A stretch of DNA of 63,889 bases, counting the filler, from Octopus bimaculoides (Eukaryota): NCBI RefSeq assembly GCF_001194135.2. It is 8 parts of 7 records of this genome, joined end to end, with 100 filler letters (N's around TTAATTAATTAA, not from the genome) between each part and the next. Parts side by side here need not be neighbours in the genome. Positions count along the whole stretch, not along the records: positions 16,424 to 40,684 come from NC_069001.1; positions 40,785 to 49,005 come from NC_068996.1; positions 49,106 to 54,963 come from NC_068988.1; 5 more parts are not named here. One strand, 5' to 3'. The first letter of the stretch is position 1. Every line of letters begins with the position of its first letter. Positions 37,665-50,269 of the stretch are shown here, piece after piece. Both the position numbers and the translations under genes were made by a program. The notes under the pieces were generated by a model. The model was not told the DNA's origin, ran no database searches, and worked only from the letters and a program-made list of their open reading frames with translations.

Positions 37665-38159
37665 CTTGAGGGCGATAAAGAAATAAGATAAGGCGGCGAG
37701 CTGGCAGAATCGTTAGCACACCGGGCAAAATAGTTCTGCGACATTTCGTCCGTCTTTACNNNNNNNNNNNNNNNNNNNNNNNNNNNNNNNNNNNNNNNNN
37801 TACGTTCTGAGTTCAAATTCCGCCGAGGTCGATATTGCCTTTTACCTTTTCAGGGTCGATAAAATAAGTGCCAGTTATGCACTGGGATCGATGTAATCGA
37901 CTAGTCCCATCCACCGAAATTGCTGGCTATGTGCCTATAGTAGAAAGGATTATTATTATTATTATTATTATTGAGTGAGAGAGCAGTGCATGCCATCAAA
38001 GTGGTACTGGGGTAAAATATACGAAGCCCAATATACCCATCATGACTACCCGTCCGGTAAGGGTACACCAGGCACATGCATCACAACCATATGTGCGCGA
38101 CATAGTGATCTCATATCAAGATAAACACGGCATGACCTCGCAGGTGGGGCCCAGTGCGA

Positions 38160-38790
38160 TTCGATTGTAAGATATTTTGTTAGTTGAACGATATTTCAAC
38201 AGTACGTCTGTCTTTGTCAAGTTCAAAATAAGAAGTGATAAGAATTCAAAATTACAGAAATTTAAACGAGAGCAACCGGCGTCCACACGTTGATGGAATG
38301 ACATCACCAGTTTTTAAGTTACAATGTTATAACAGGCGAAAAGAAAAAGACAGAAAAAATAGAAAAAAGAAGACGACAGAAAAAAAAGGAAAGAAAAAGA
38401 GAGAAAGAAGAATATTCAATCAAACAGTTTTGTATAAATTTGATGATATTCTCCTGTCATCTTATTCATTCCTCCAGGGCGTGATGTTAATAACCCGCAA
38501 ACATATTTCTCCTCATACATTCCGAGAAGTGAAAGTGGAACAGATTCAGAATATTTTCTGAGAATATGCACTTTCAAGTCTTCTTCAAAATTGCAGCCGC
38601 TTGAAACGAAATGTTCAGCAAGTTCTGTCGAACAATGTTCGCCGCAGCTGATCTGCGGAATCTCAATATGTTCGTTTCTGCTGCTACTGTAGATTCTAGA
38701 GTTTTGCAGTTCGAAGTCTAAGTCAATTTCTAATTTTGATTTGGTGGTCTCGGTGCTGGAGATGGCGGGGGATTTATCTCCCCGCTAGCG
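38160..38790 (-). mobile_element. Penelope-like element 3' part: GIY-YIG endonuclease remnant plus pseudo-LTR region
   Basis: Stop-free frame 38784->38416 (123 codons) encoding ...EHF.S.GC.FEEDLKVHIL...YEEKYVCGLLTSRPGGMN (Penelope GIY-YIG C-terminal H..E..L.T..P.G.N pattern). A hammerhead motif lies about 190 nt downstream. Confidence 0.75.
38184..38226 (-). ncRNA. Minimal type I hammerhead ribozyme (U3-A8 core variant)
   Basis: 5'-UUGAAC UUGACAA A GACAG acgua CUGUU GAAAUAU C GUUCAA-3'. It has a 6-bp stem I, a 5-bp stem II, a palindromic AUAU stem III and an AUC cleavage triplet. Confidence 0.75.
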
Positions 38791-40278
38791 ATATAAAAAA
38801 AGCGTGCATTTTGCACCAAATGCCATTATGAGAGTTTCCCCTCGTGGTAACTACTGCAGTCAGGTTTTGTCCTGACAGAACATCCGCGTTTAAGTGGGAA
38901 TAAATATTAGAAAGAACACCTAAACATGTCATAACATGACAAATGCCATCTGTGTGGTGTATTTGGAATTCTATATAACAGGATATACCACTTTAGCTTT
39001 GACAAAATTTGTCCAGAGACAAAATAATGTAGTAAAGTTGCTCTATAAGATCGTAGCAACAAAATAATTCAACTGTTTCGAGAAAAAAAAATCTATCTGG
39101 TAAACATACGAATTCTGAAAATAACTGGAAAAATATGCGACTCTACTGTAGAGACAAACTACCAGCAAGCACGTAATAAACATGGAAATTTTGCTTGGCA
39201 AAAATGGTAATATTGAATTAATTACCGCCACATAATATTAGTAAATGACCTTAATATTGAACAGATGTGAACTGGAGAGTAAAGAAATAACAACGATATG
39301 GCTGATGAATTACTGGGTTCAGGTTTTGGCACAAGGCCAGCAACTCCGGGAAAGGAGTAAGTCGATTACATCGACCGCAGTACTCAGCTGGTACTTATTT
39401 TATCGACCACGAAAAGATAAAAGGTAAAGTCGACCACGGCGGAATTTGAACTCAGAACACAAAGGTAGACGAAATGCTGTCGAGCATTTTGACTGGTGTC
39501 GTAACGATTCCGCCAGCTTGCCACTTTGGCCGATGAATGATTCAGATCCCTGGTCACTCGACCCATTGACTGGAATAGTTTCTACCCTATTCTCTATGAT
39601 CAGAGCTGGTCTAGGGTTAAGCAACAATTATAGTGGTCACCCTACCATCAATAGTCAAACAACGACTGTAGTGGTCACTCTAAGATCAGTGGTCAAGCCA
39701 GAACTGTGGTGGTCACTCTGTCATCAGCGATAACTTCTGATTAGTTCTATGCGTCTTTGTAGTCTCTCATTAGGTTGTTGTTTAACCCCAGGTCGTCTTT
39801 GATCGGACAAAACCGTGATCATCCCGTCTTTTTCAAGTATAGTCCATCTACAACAGCATCCTTTTCTATTCTAGGCACAAGGTCTCAAATTTGGGGGCAG
39901 GAAGCCAGTCGATTAGATCGACCCTAGTACGCGACTAGTACTTAATTTATCGACCCTGAAAGGATGAAAGGCAAAGTCGACCTCGGCGGAATTTGAACTC
40001 AGAGCATAAAGACAGACGAAATGCCTCTAAACATTTCGCCCGGCGTGCTAACGTTTCTGCTAGCTCGCCGCCTTCTGCAACAGCATCACACATGTTCTAA
40101 TCCTTTTAAAGATGTTAGGGTTGTGATTTGAGGGAGATTTATCTGCTCTTATTACCAAATCAAGTAATCACGTGGAGGTATCCTCGGTTGTGTTTCTCAT
40201 TATTTTTTTTATTAATAATAATGTTCTTCTCTTTATTAAAACCGTAAAGTGTGCAATTAAAATAATTAGATTTCTCTT

Positions 40279-40446
40279 TTATTTCGAGCAAATGTTGTCC
40301 GCGATTTCATCGTCGGAAACAGATGAAATGTTTTGTGTTCTACCAATGAAGGGCGCTCTGTCTGACTTCTTGGATTTTCTTCTTCTTCGTGACAAAATAT
40401 TTTTATTCCACTTTTTAAACTTTCGGCATTCGTTGTTTGCCAACTC
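40279..40446 (-). CDS. Candidate terminal exon or pseudo-exon (LANNECRKFKKWNKNILSRRRRKSKK...NICSK*)
   Basis: 55 open codons followed by two AATAAA (plus-strand tttatt at 40232-40237 and 40208-40213). The 5' side abuts a SINE B insertion. Confidence 0.3.
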   Translation of the reverse strand, partial: ELANNECRKFKKWNKNILSRRRRKSKKSDRAPFIGRTQNISSVSDDEIADNICSK

Positions 40447-40892
40447 CAAGATGGCGAGCCGGCAGACTCATCAGCAGGCTGGACGAAATTCTTAGCAGTA
40501 TATCGTCTATCCGAACGTTCTGAGTTCAAATTCCGCTGAGGTCAACTTTGCCTTTCAGCATTTCAGGATCGATAAAATGAGTACTAGTGAAGTACTGGGG
40601 TCAATAAAATACATACCAGTTGAGTACTGGGGTCGATATAACCGACTAACACCCTTCCACTAAAATTTCAGGCCTTGTGCTTTANNNNNNNNNNNNNNNN
40701 NNNNNNNNNNNNNNNNNNNNNNNNNNNNTTAATTAATTAANNNNNNNNNNNNNNNNNNNNNNNNNNNNNNNNNNNNNNNNNNNNTTTCATGTTGAAGCTT
40801 CTCTTGAAATAGCTATAAATTACTGTAAAAGATATTTGTTTTACACTGTCATGTATATCTACTGGACCATTACAAAAATAAATAAAAAATAC

Positions 40893-40960
<68 letters not shown>

Positions 40961-41149
40961 GAACTTACCCGAGTGATTTCTTTACACTCTGAAGCCATGA
41001 ATCGAGTTTATTATTATTATTAATTATTATTATTATTATTTAAAATTCGCAGTTGTTTTTGTACTGGGTATTTTATCCTTTATTAGTTTATAGTATTTTG
41101 CTCTCAGACGTCGCCCTTGTGACAATAACATAGACTATCGTTATTATCC

Positions 41150-41213
<64 letters not shown>

Positions 41214-41409
41214 CATTATTATTATTATTATCATCATGATCACCATCATCATTATTATTATTATATTTTAGTTTGTTCTGTGAGGTTTTAAAAATTTATT
41301 TGTTAAAAACAGAGTTTGAATATATATAATGTCAATTTTTGAATGCTACAGCTGTACTTAAGAGACTAAAAGATCTTTAGCCATTAAAAATAGTCCATCC
41401 TAATTTTGC

Positions 41410-41457
<48 letters not shown>

Positions 41458-41701
41458 TACTACTACTATTATATAAGGCGGCGAGCTGGCGGAATCGTTG
41501 GCACATTGGACAAAATGCTTAGCAGCATTTCGTCCGTTTTTACGTTCTGAGTTCAAATTCCGCCGGGGTCAACTCGCCATTCATCCTTGCGTGGTCGACA
41601 AAATAATCACAAGTACAGGGGTGCGATTGATGTAATCGATTTGACCCTCCCCAAAATTTGCTGGATTTGTGCCAAAATTTGAAACTATTCCTTTCCTTCT
41701 T

Positions 41702-41760
<59 letters not shown>

Positions 41761-41912
41761 TTGTGGTTTCATCCTTATTATTATCATTACTATTATTAAT
41801 AATATAATTGCCTGATACTTTCTGCAATTTTGTTTCGTCTCGTTCTATTCTGATTTCAGACACTCTATACAGTGACATTGCATTTCACCACCAGTCTAAT
41901 GTACTTACTCAC

Positions 41913-42062
41913 AGAAGATAAATATTATTATAGATTGTGCTGAAGCCCATCAAATGGATCGCTTGTAATATTCGATGATACAGTTTTTGTCGCGCTCTTC
42001 ATCACGTTGACTCAGCCCGGCGTGAACAGTAAAGTTAAACCACAACGTGGTACACTCAGCCA
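41913..42062 (-). CDS. Candidate 150-nt exon with an in-frame TGA (AECTTLWFNFTVHAGLSQRDEERDKNCIIEYYKRSI*WASAQSIIIFIF)
   Basis: Acceptor aattttcag, donor gtgagt, higher GC/CpG than the flanks. The other two frames close earlier. Confidence 0.35.
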
Positions 42063-42439
42063 CTGAAAATTCAATGTTCATTTAGTTAGTTCAGCTTCTC
42101 AAACAACTTGGTCAGAAATTCCGACAGGGACTCTAACACACACACACACACACACACACACATATGTATACAGAGCGAGAGATTGTGTGTGTATGAAAGA
42201 GAGTCACATGCATATATATGTACACACACATATATACATACATACACATACATACATACATATATACATGCATACATACATGCATACATACATACATGAG
42301 AATTTAAGATCACTTATTAGCATTATCCTGCGTTTGAGAATTTAAAATCACTTCTTTTACTTTCTAAGACTTGTCAACCCTTCTAAAAGCAAACTTACGT
42401 TTATCATACGTACATACATATTGAAAAAGACAGTAGAAT

Positions 42440-43190
42440 TGACATGAAGCGCAGCCTTTCTTAGACGCAAGACCACTACATCACATCATGCTTTCAGGAC
42501 TATGCGTTTGCAATCCAAGAACAGGAGATTGCCACAAAGTACCCGGTGAACAAGAGAGACAATGACGCTCTTGTGATCCCAAAATGCAACCGCATATGTA
42601 GGCTATGTCATGTTTCTGCGGAAGACATCACGCATGTGATTAGCAGCTGCGTATGCAGCACGATGTTGTTGTTGCTAAAACAATTTAAAATGCAATCCGA
42701 AAAAAAAAGTCTGTCCTGAAATAAACTTAGAAAATCCCTGTTTTGGAATATATTCATAAACACCAAGGAATACTGGAGGAATATTCCCGTCAAAACTTCT
42801 GTGAAATGTAAACATTACAGACCGGATATTGCTGTTTAGGATAAATGGGCAAAGGTATGTACCATCATAGAGGTCAGCTGCTTTGCCGATATAAATATTT
42901 CTTTGAAAATCAAAGATAAAGTGGATATCTATGGACAACTGCTTCGAAACCTTCAGCTTCTATATCCAGACTATGAATTCATACTCTTACCAATAATAAT
43001 TGGAGCACTAGGTTTTGTTAGTAAATGATTAAAGGAGAATCTGGATAAACTGGGATGCAATCTGAGTGGAACAGTAAAAATATGCAAGACTTTTCTCAAG
43101 TTCCAAATGTGAATGATCTTTGTTAACTACATCTTTGCTGGAAATCGACTCCCTCTTCGGTGGAAGATTTTTAATAATTAAAAAATAGAA
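42440..43190 (+). mobile_element. R4/Dong-like LINE fossil: CCHC zinc knuckle plus PD-(D/E)xK RLE
   Basis: FAIQEQEI.TKY, CRLCH...EDITHVISSC, HDVVAK, RPDIAV.DK..K.C.IIEVSC, YGQLLRNLQLLYPDY, PIIIGALG motifs, with stops and indels. Confidence 0.85.
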
Positions 43191-43280
43191 GAGACACACA
43201 TACATACATACATACATACATACATGCATGCATACATACATACATACATACGTACATATATGCATGCATTCATACATACA

Positions 43281-43313
<33 letters not shown>

Positions 43314-44098
43314 GCATGCATTCATACATACATACATACATACATACATACATACATACATACATACATACATACATACATACATACGTACACACATATC
43401 CGATATATACGCGTGTGCTAGTGCCTGAGTCGTCCATAAACGAAACCATAACAACTTCATGTCATTAATCTTTCTGTGCAAAATGGTACCAGCTGGTTGA
43501 GAGTCCTCGCGGGCCGGTCTTTGTAGCAGATTTCCTTCTCCTAGATGTATTATCTCCACTACGACTGGTGATTAAAATCTTTTCATGACTCTATTGAATG
43601 GCAGTTAACTCGTCCGAGTTCCTCTGCTCTTATGTTTCACCGTTCGAAATTTACCCTTGCCACCAAGCAAGCTTGGCGGATTTGCGGGTTTAGTCACCGA
43701 CGACCAAAACATGCAACAGGTTGTACATACTAACTGCAAGTATATATGTATGTCTAAATGTATGTACGTATGTATGTATGTATGTATGTATGTATGTATG
43801 TATGTACGTATGTATGTATGTATGTATGTATCTATCTATCTATCTATGTATCTATCTATCTATGTATCTATCTATGTATGTACTCTTACAAAGCAATATA
43901 AACTAGGAAATAGGTTACTTAGTACAATGTTGATTACGTTAATTTTTTCTTCAAAAACTATGATGCTTTGATTTACATATTTGTGAATTTTATATATTTC
44001 TTTTCATCCACGAAAGTTAGCTTTAAATTTATATATGTATAATACACGCATACACAGGCATATGTATGTATTTACATACATATATATCATTACCTATC

Positions 44099-44145
<47 letters not shown>

Positions 44146-47100
44146 GTACAGGACATCACAAAAAATTTTAAACACAATGAGAAACGAAAACATAAAGACG
44201 AAAACAGTAAACGAACTTTTTTCGAACAACGAAAAAAACAAACAGAGAAATGAGACATGCAACAAAGAATTTTTCCCTTCTTCAATTGTCCCTGTTCCAT
44301 CTACTCCGCGTTCGAAGGCAAGGACAATACGCGACTCCTCCATGTAACATACAGAAACTGCAGATTCATACCAAATGATATGAGAACAAAAATACGAGTA
44401 GGAGTACACATGAAGTTCTAAATACTGGCTACTAGTTTCGCCATTTAAACTTTAAACCCCACCACTAACATTTACACGTACACACACGCATAATTTTACC
44501 CATGAGATACAAATCAAAATTTCTGAATGTAAGACGGAAATAGTGCTATAGCCATTGGTTTAGAGTGAAATCATGCAAAAAATCCATATTCATAATCAGG
44601 TATTTATACAAGCAAGAACAAAATGAGTGATGAGTCGTAATTCCTTCCAAAGATATATAAAGATTTTCAAATCAGATCGTGTTTCTTGTCGAGTAGATTA
44701 ACATATGTCAAGGAATGAAGTTAGACTAGCCCCACAGAACCATTATCTGAAAGTACCAAGTTTTCAGTAGTCCACTCAAAGCCTTGTATGTAGATTTATA
44801 AATATAAATTTTGGTAAAGTTGTTTTATCAGAGATGTATTAATAAGCTGCAGGTTACAGTTGGCAATTTCTGGTAACTCATTTGACTTTTATCTGAACCT
44901 GATGGTCAACTGCTCACCCTTGGCATATCCTCAGTCCGCTGCCAGTTACTATAGACAGCTGTCAAAAAGACATGTGATGAAGCTTGTGGAGTAAACTTTT
45001 AAATCTTGGAAAGATGCTCACCACAAACCCAGATGTTCACTATATTGTCTTTTGCAATCGGTTTTCCGCAATTCTCTGTCTTTGGTCGAAAATTTGGGGA
45101 GATTGTCAAGGTTGGTAGTTAAGTTAGCCGTTTCCATTTTGCCTTGTGGACAAACTGTTGCTGGAAAAACACACAAATCGAAATTTGTTTTGTTTCAACA
45201 CTGTCCCTTGATACATCGAACAAAGTTTTCACCCTAGATTTTTAGAGCACTAGTTGTAGTCCAAACAATACATCTTTCGAACTTTGCGTCGAGGAAATGG
45301 TCAACCACTAGTCACCCTTCAAAATCAGCATAAGCAATGCCTGTTCTGTTCGCTCGTCGAATCATTTTATTAGATCTTTCTCTAATCTGTTGTTCTCTAT
45401 TTCGACATCTTTACTGAAACTGGCAGATTCTGCTCTAATTTTCCATTTTAGTGATGTTGGCTAACTGTTATTATTTTTACATCTGTCAAGGCAAAGAAAA
45501 GATGATACACCGATGTTTGTAGCAATCGTTGTTGTTTGAACGCAAAAGGCTGGAACAAACGCCGCAAAGCATTTAGTCCGATTCTGCTGCAATTCAGGGC
45601 AATTCGTTGCTGTCGACAGGTAAATTATTCATCAATTCCGAAAAGATGCAAAGCAAAGTTGATGATTTCGTTAGGATTTAAACTTAGAGCACAGAGAATT
45701 GGAAGAAACATCTCAAGACATTCTTTTCAGTTTCCATATGACTCTACCAAATTACCTATTCACACACACTCTCTCTGCCTTTCTCTCACGCTCCCTCTCT
45801 CTCACACCTTTTCTCACACCTTTTCTCACGTATACTCAACATACATACTTATGTAGATATGCTGACTTTAGAATATTATGCCAGGTTTTAAAAAGAGTTG
45901 GTTTGACCTTTTGTTTTATGAGGCAATATTCCAAAAATCGTTTTCAATACCAATAGTGAAACCAATATTTGGAAAATACAACAGGTCTATAAGGAACATC
46001 AATTTGATAGATATTAGAACACACAAGATCCTGATATCAACTACAGAGTTTCACAGAAGCAGCGATATCGGCATTCATTAAAACAAAAGAGAAAAGCTTA
46101 CAGTAAGAAATAAACTTTTGGGCACCATTTAGTAAGACTCAGACAGTATCTACTAAACAATAATAGCAAAAATGTTCAAAAATGAAGAGATTAACATCGT
46201 ACGAATCGGTACTGAATTCCTCAAGAAGTTTTAATTTCCCTATGTGGTACCAGAATTGTAGGACTAGTATACTGCAACTAGAACCTGAAAGAGAAACATA
46301 TTACATTGAGATTAAGCAGAGTGTTTAATAATGGCATCAGCCTCAAGTTCAGTTATGTTACCGTAAATTTGAGGATGGTGATATTATTAACATGAAGTAA
46401 AAACACTCTTGGACTTGTGACTCTTATGGTATTTCGAAGGTTATACTGATGCAATTATAGAGATATCTAAAGTGCATCAGAGACAGTGAAGCTCTTAAGC
46501 CATTGAAACTCGGCTTTCAGTCAAAACACGTGACAAGCTAATATTCACTTTTCAAAAAGAATCTCTAGGTAGAATAATAAAAAATATACTAAACTTTTCT
46601 CAACTTCAACACTTAATGATTTTGTTAATCAAATTCCAGGGATGCAGCTTTGTTAGAGAATTATTCCAACATTGTAGGAAGAATTCAAATTAGAAATGAA
46701 GTCTACATTGAGACATAATACAGATTCCAGCATGTAGGAGACTCCTACACAAAAACTCCAAAAGCTCTATAATAAATCCAAGTTAAACACAATGGTTGAT
46801 CCTTTCGTCCAAATCCTGTTTGCAAAACTTCCATCTGTTTCGTATATATTCACTCTGCCTGTTAGAGAATGTTATCGAAATCTATTTCGTGTTAAATCTT
46901 CAACTCTTGGATGTAGGGAGACATTTGACATTTTTTTAAATATACTGGATTGCTATGGATGGATTGCATTTCCTTATAAGTCTGTTCGACCAAGGATAAC
47001 TTAGAGTTAAGCAGCAGCAACCTTTTATGAATATTAGAAAAGGCCTGTACTTCTCTTTTCACTCTCACGTCCCTTAAAGAAGTTGACACGATTTTAATTA

Positions 47101-47489
47101 AGACTGAAAGCTCACTACCCTCACCGATTGAAGCTTCTTCACTAAATTACTTCTTTCCCATAACTACCAAAGAATAGCGAACAAAGAAATAATCCTTTTA
47201 ATCTTCGCTAAAGTCAAACAGCAGGACAATTTTAATAACGTACTTCAGAGCACCACAAATGATAGTAGTTGAGACACCATAAGTTAGCCTTCTTCGGACA
47301 CCGAGAGTAACTACACATGTGGTGTACTTCGATAAAAAGTCACACAAATGAATTTTAAAACTTATTTTTAACTAGTAACGAGCCTCTAAAAAAACTCTCA
47401 GGTCATGGGTTTTAGGAGATTGTGTCTAATCCCCGAAAAAACATTTCTGCTTTTGTCATCGCCTCACGTACACCATTAATACTCTATAG

Positions 47490-48380
47490 CAGTGATTCTC
47501 AACGTGGAACAAACGACGCACCGGTGGGGCCTTGGAAAACTGTGGTCGTGCGTGGGATACAAAAGCTTTTCTTCTCTAAGTGAGACATGGAATTGTTAAA
47601 ATCTTTTTTACACAGCAAACATACTACACCTACACTCAGCCTAGCCAAACCAATTCCTCCAGCCAGGCATCCTGTGTGAAGACTGTTTGCTATTGTGTAG
47701 CGCTATTTTAATGGTACAGCCGAAGCTAAGGAAATTACTTCCTTGATCCAAGGAAATATGCCGTAGTCGTCGGACACAAGGTTCTCATTAAAGTAATTCA
47801 CTTTTTTCTTTTCTTAGTCAATTGTTTTTGTGCTCAGTAGTTAATAGAAGAGTTACGGCTAGATTCTTTGTATTAAATAAGTGTAATAAAATATTAATTA
47901 TAAAGTTTTTTTCTTTCAACAACCGGTGAGGGATACATTTTCTAGGAAGTTATAGTGGAGCGTGAATGTGGAGGCGCAATGGCCCAGTGGTTAGGGCAGC
48001 GGACTCGCGGTCATAGGATCGCGATTTCGATTCCCAGACCGGGCGTTGTGAGTGTTTATTGAGCGAAAACACCTAAAGCTCCATGAAGCTCCGGCAGGGG
48101 ATGGTAGCGAACCCTGCTGTACTCTTTCACCACAACTTTCTCTCGCTGTTACTTCCTGTTTCTGTTGTGCCTGTATTTCAAAGGGCCAGCCTTGTCACAC
48201 TGTGTCATGCTGAATATCCCCGAGAACTACGTTAAGGGTACACGTGTCTGTAGAGTGTCCAGCCACTTGCGCGTTAATTTCACGGGCAGGCTGTTCTGTT
48301 GATCGGATCAACTGGAACCCACGACGTCGTAAGCGACGGAGTGTCAACAACAATAGTGGAGCGTGGAAGAAAATTGAATG
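47490..48380 (+). mobile_element. hAT-Charlie-like deletion derivative interrupted by a SINE
   Basis: Left end CAGTGATTCTCAAC after CTCTATAG. A transposase C-terminus remnant ends ...RTQGSH* at 47791. The right TIR is not clearly found. Confidence 0.55.
47967..48352 (+). mobile_element. Full-length SINE family C copy with 13-bp TSD
   Basis: Closely similar to 7864-8245. ATAGTGGAGCGTG is duplicated at 47952-47964 and 48353-48365. Confidence 0.88.
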
Positions 48381-48969
48381 GAATCCAAAAGGAGACATTT
48401 ACCAACAGCATTGACTGGCCAGTACTAAGTTGTGTTGGAGAAAAGATGATTATATCTACATGATATCTGGAATCTGTACAGATGCCGTAGTTTTATCATG
48501 TCTCTACATCCAAATCTTTGTATTTCGAATTCCATACAAGATGAAAGATTTCTCCAACAGTGCTCATTAGAAATGTCCTTAAATGTCGAAAAAATCTGCT
48601 CTTCGTCTCCTGTTGATGCAGATAGAAGTGACCGTCTTACCGTCACGTAACACCACCGACCTGCCATCGACATCTCGGAAGTACACACATTTATAGACCT
48701 TTATGAAACAACATTCCTAATCCGTTTCAGTCCGAATCAATTGGAAGCGACACTAACCCAACTGCAATCCAGTAGAAAGTCGAATGAACGCATCCTGGAA
48801 CCTGATTCTAGACGCATGTCCTCCTAAGCCAATGATAGTGAACATTTGTTACGCATGTCAGTAGTGATATGGGATGGACTTTAGAAAGAAAAACTATCCT
48901 ACTGTACAAAAATATTTTCTATTAGCATTATTTATATATATATATATATGTGTGTTTGTGTGAGAGAGA

Positions 48970-49005
<36 letters not shown>

Positions 49006-49124
49006 NNNNNNNNNNNNNNNNNNNNNNNNNNNNNNNNNNNNNNNNNNNNTTAATTAATTAANNNNNNNNNNNNNNNNNNNNNNNNNNNNNNNNNNNNNNN
49101 NNNNNTTTTCTTTCTTTCTTCCAG

Positions 49125-49208
49125 GAATGTTTACATCTGAAGAAATAGGATGGTTTGAAAACCACCAACAGTACACTGCTGCCAATATGGATTTCTCCGA
49201 ACCCATAG
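49125..49208 (+). CDS. Candidate orphan exon, phase 1-1 (xMFTSEEIGWFENHQQYTAANMDFSEPI)
   Basis: Strong acceptor tttctttcttccag, donor G|gtaaat, 84 nt, open frame. Product not recognised. Confidence 0.45.
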
Positions 49209-49662
49209 GTAAATATTATTGTTGATTACTTTCAAATTGTGGCACAAGGCCAACAATTTTGGGGTACGACCGCCTTAAGTCCATATCGGCCCCAGTGTTT
49301 CACTAGTATTTAATTGAAGTATTAAAAATTACTTAATTTATCGACTCCCGAAAAGATGAAAGGCAAAGTCGACCTCGACGGAATTTGAACTCACAACGTA
49401 AAGACGGACGAAATACCGCTAAGCATTTTTCCCGGCGTGCTAACGATTCTGCCAGCCTTAGTCGTTGATTGTTATATTGTTTGTTGTGTGTGTAGAAGTT
49501 AAACAGTGATGACTTGTCGAGGAAGAGAATAGAAATGAAAAGGAATTCGAATAAGTGGGAGCGGGGGTGAGAGAGAGATAGAGGAAAGTGGAGTTTATCG
49601 ACATGGCTAAATGTAAAATTGAAAGTGGGAATTTACGGGGAAGTCTTAAAATAAAGGTTAAG

Positions 49663-49902
49663 TATATTTGTCACTTAAATGCGGCTAACCCTTAAGGGTG
49701 ATTGCTACTGTAGCTTGTAGCCCCAGGAGGACATCTCCTCCAGCTGGCTAGTGACACACTTTCTGTGCCCTGTCGGTGTTTGCAAATAGCGACAGGGTAC
49801 AGAAAGTGTGTCAGTAGCCAGCTGGAGGAGATGTCCTCCTGGGGCTACAAGCTACAGTAGCAATCACCCTTAGAGGTTAGCCGCATTTAAGTGGCAAATA
49901 TA
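49663..49902. repeat. 240-bp near-perfect palindrome (fold-back element)
   Basis: 113-bp arms (49663-49775 and 49790-49902) with 5 mismatches. The central 14 nt are themselves quasi-palindromic (TTTGCAAA). Confidence 0.92.
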
Positions 49903-50269
49903 TTTCACATTGTCGTGCAGCTACTGTTAATTACCGCGTTCAGAGATTTATTATTTCTTAAAATAAAACTATGTAGTTTGGGATGATAGTAAAAATATCG
50001 AGAAAAGAGTGGTTAAATAAAAATCAGGGCTCCAGGAAACTAAATGGTGTTTCGTCAAAAAAGAATAGTTTAATAAAATTGGTGTAGAGTTAAGAAGGTG
50101 TTGACGTTTCAGAAAAAAAATCCCTCTCCGGAAAAAAATAAGGATAATTGGAGAAAACTATATATGCAAAAGCAGGCATAAAAAAGCCAGGATTATGATA
50201 GGAAGAAATAAAAATAAAAAAAGGGAGAGAATGAATATTGTGTGCGTGTGTGAAAAGAGAGGGGGGAGG

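Noticed and set aside
40969-40988. 20-nt minus-strand micro-exon candidate between TTA arrays
   Set aside because: Good donor but weak acceptor. Joining it to the 41913-42062 segment creates TAG, so there is no coherent model.
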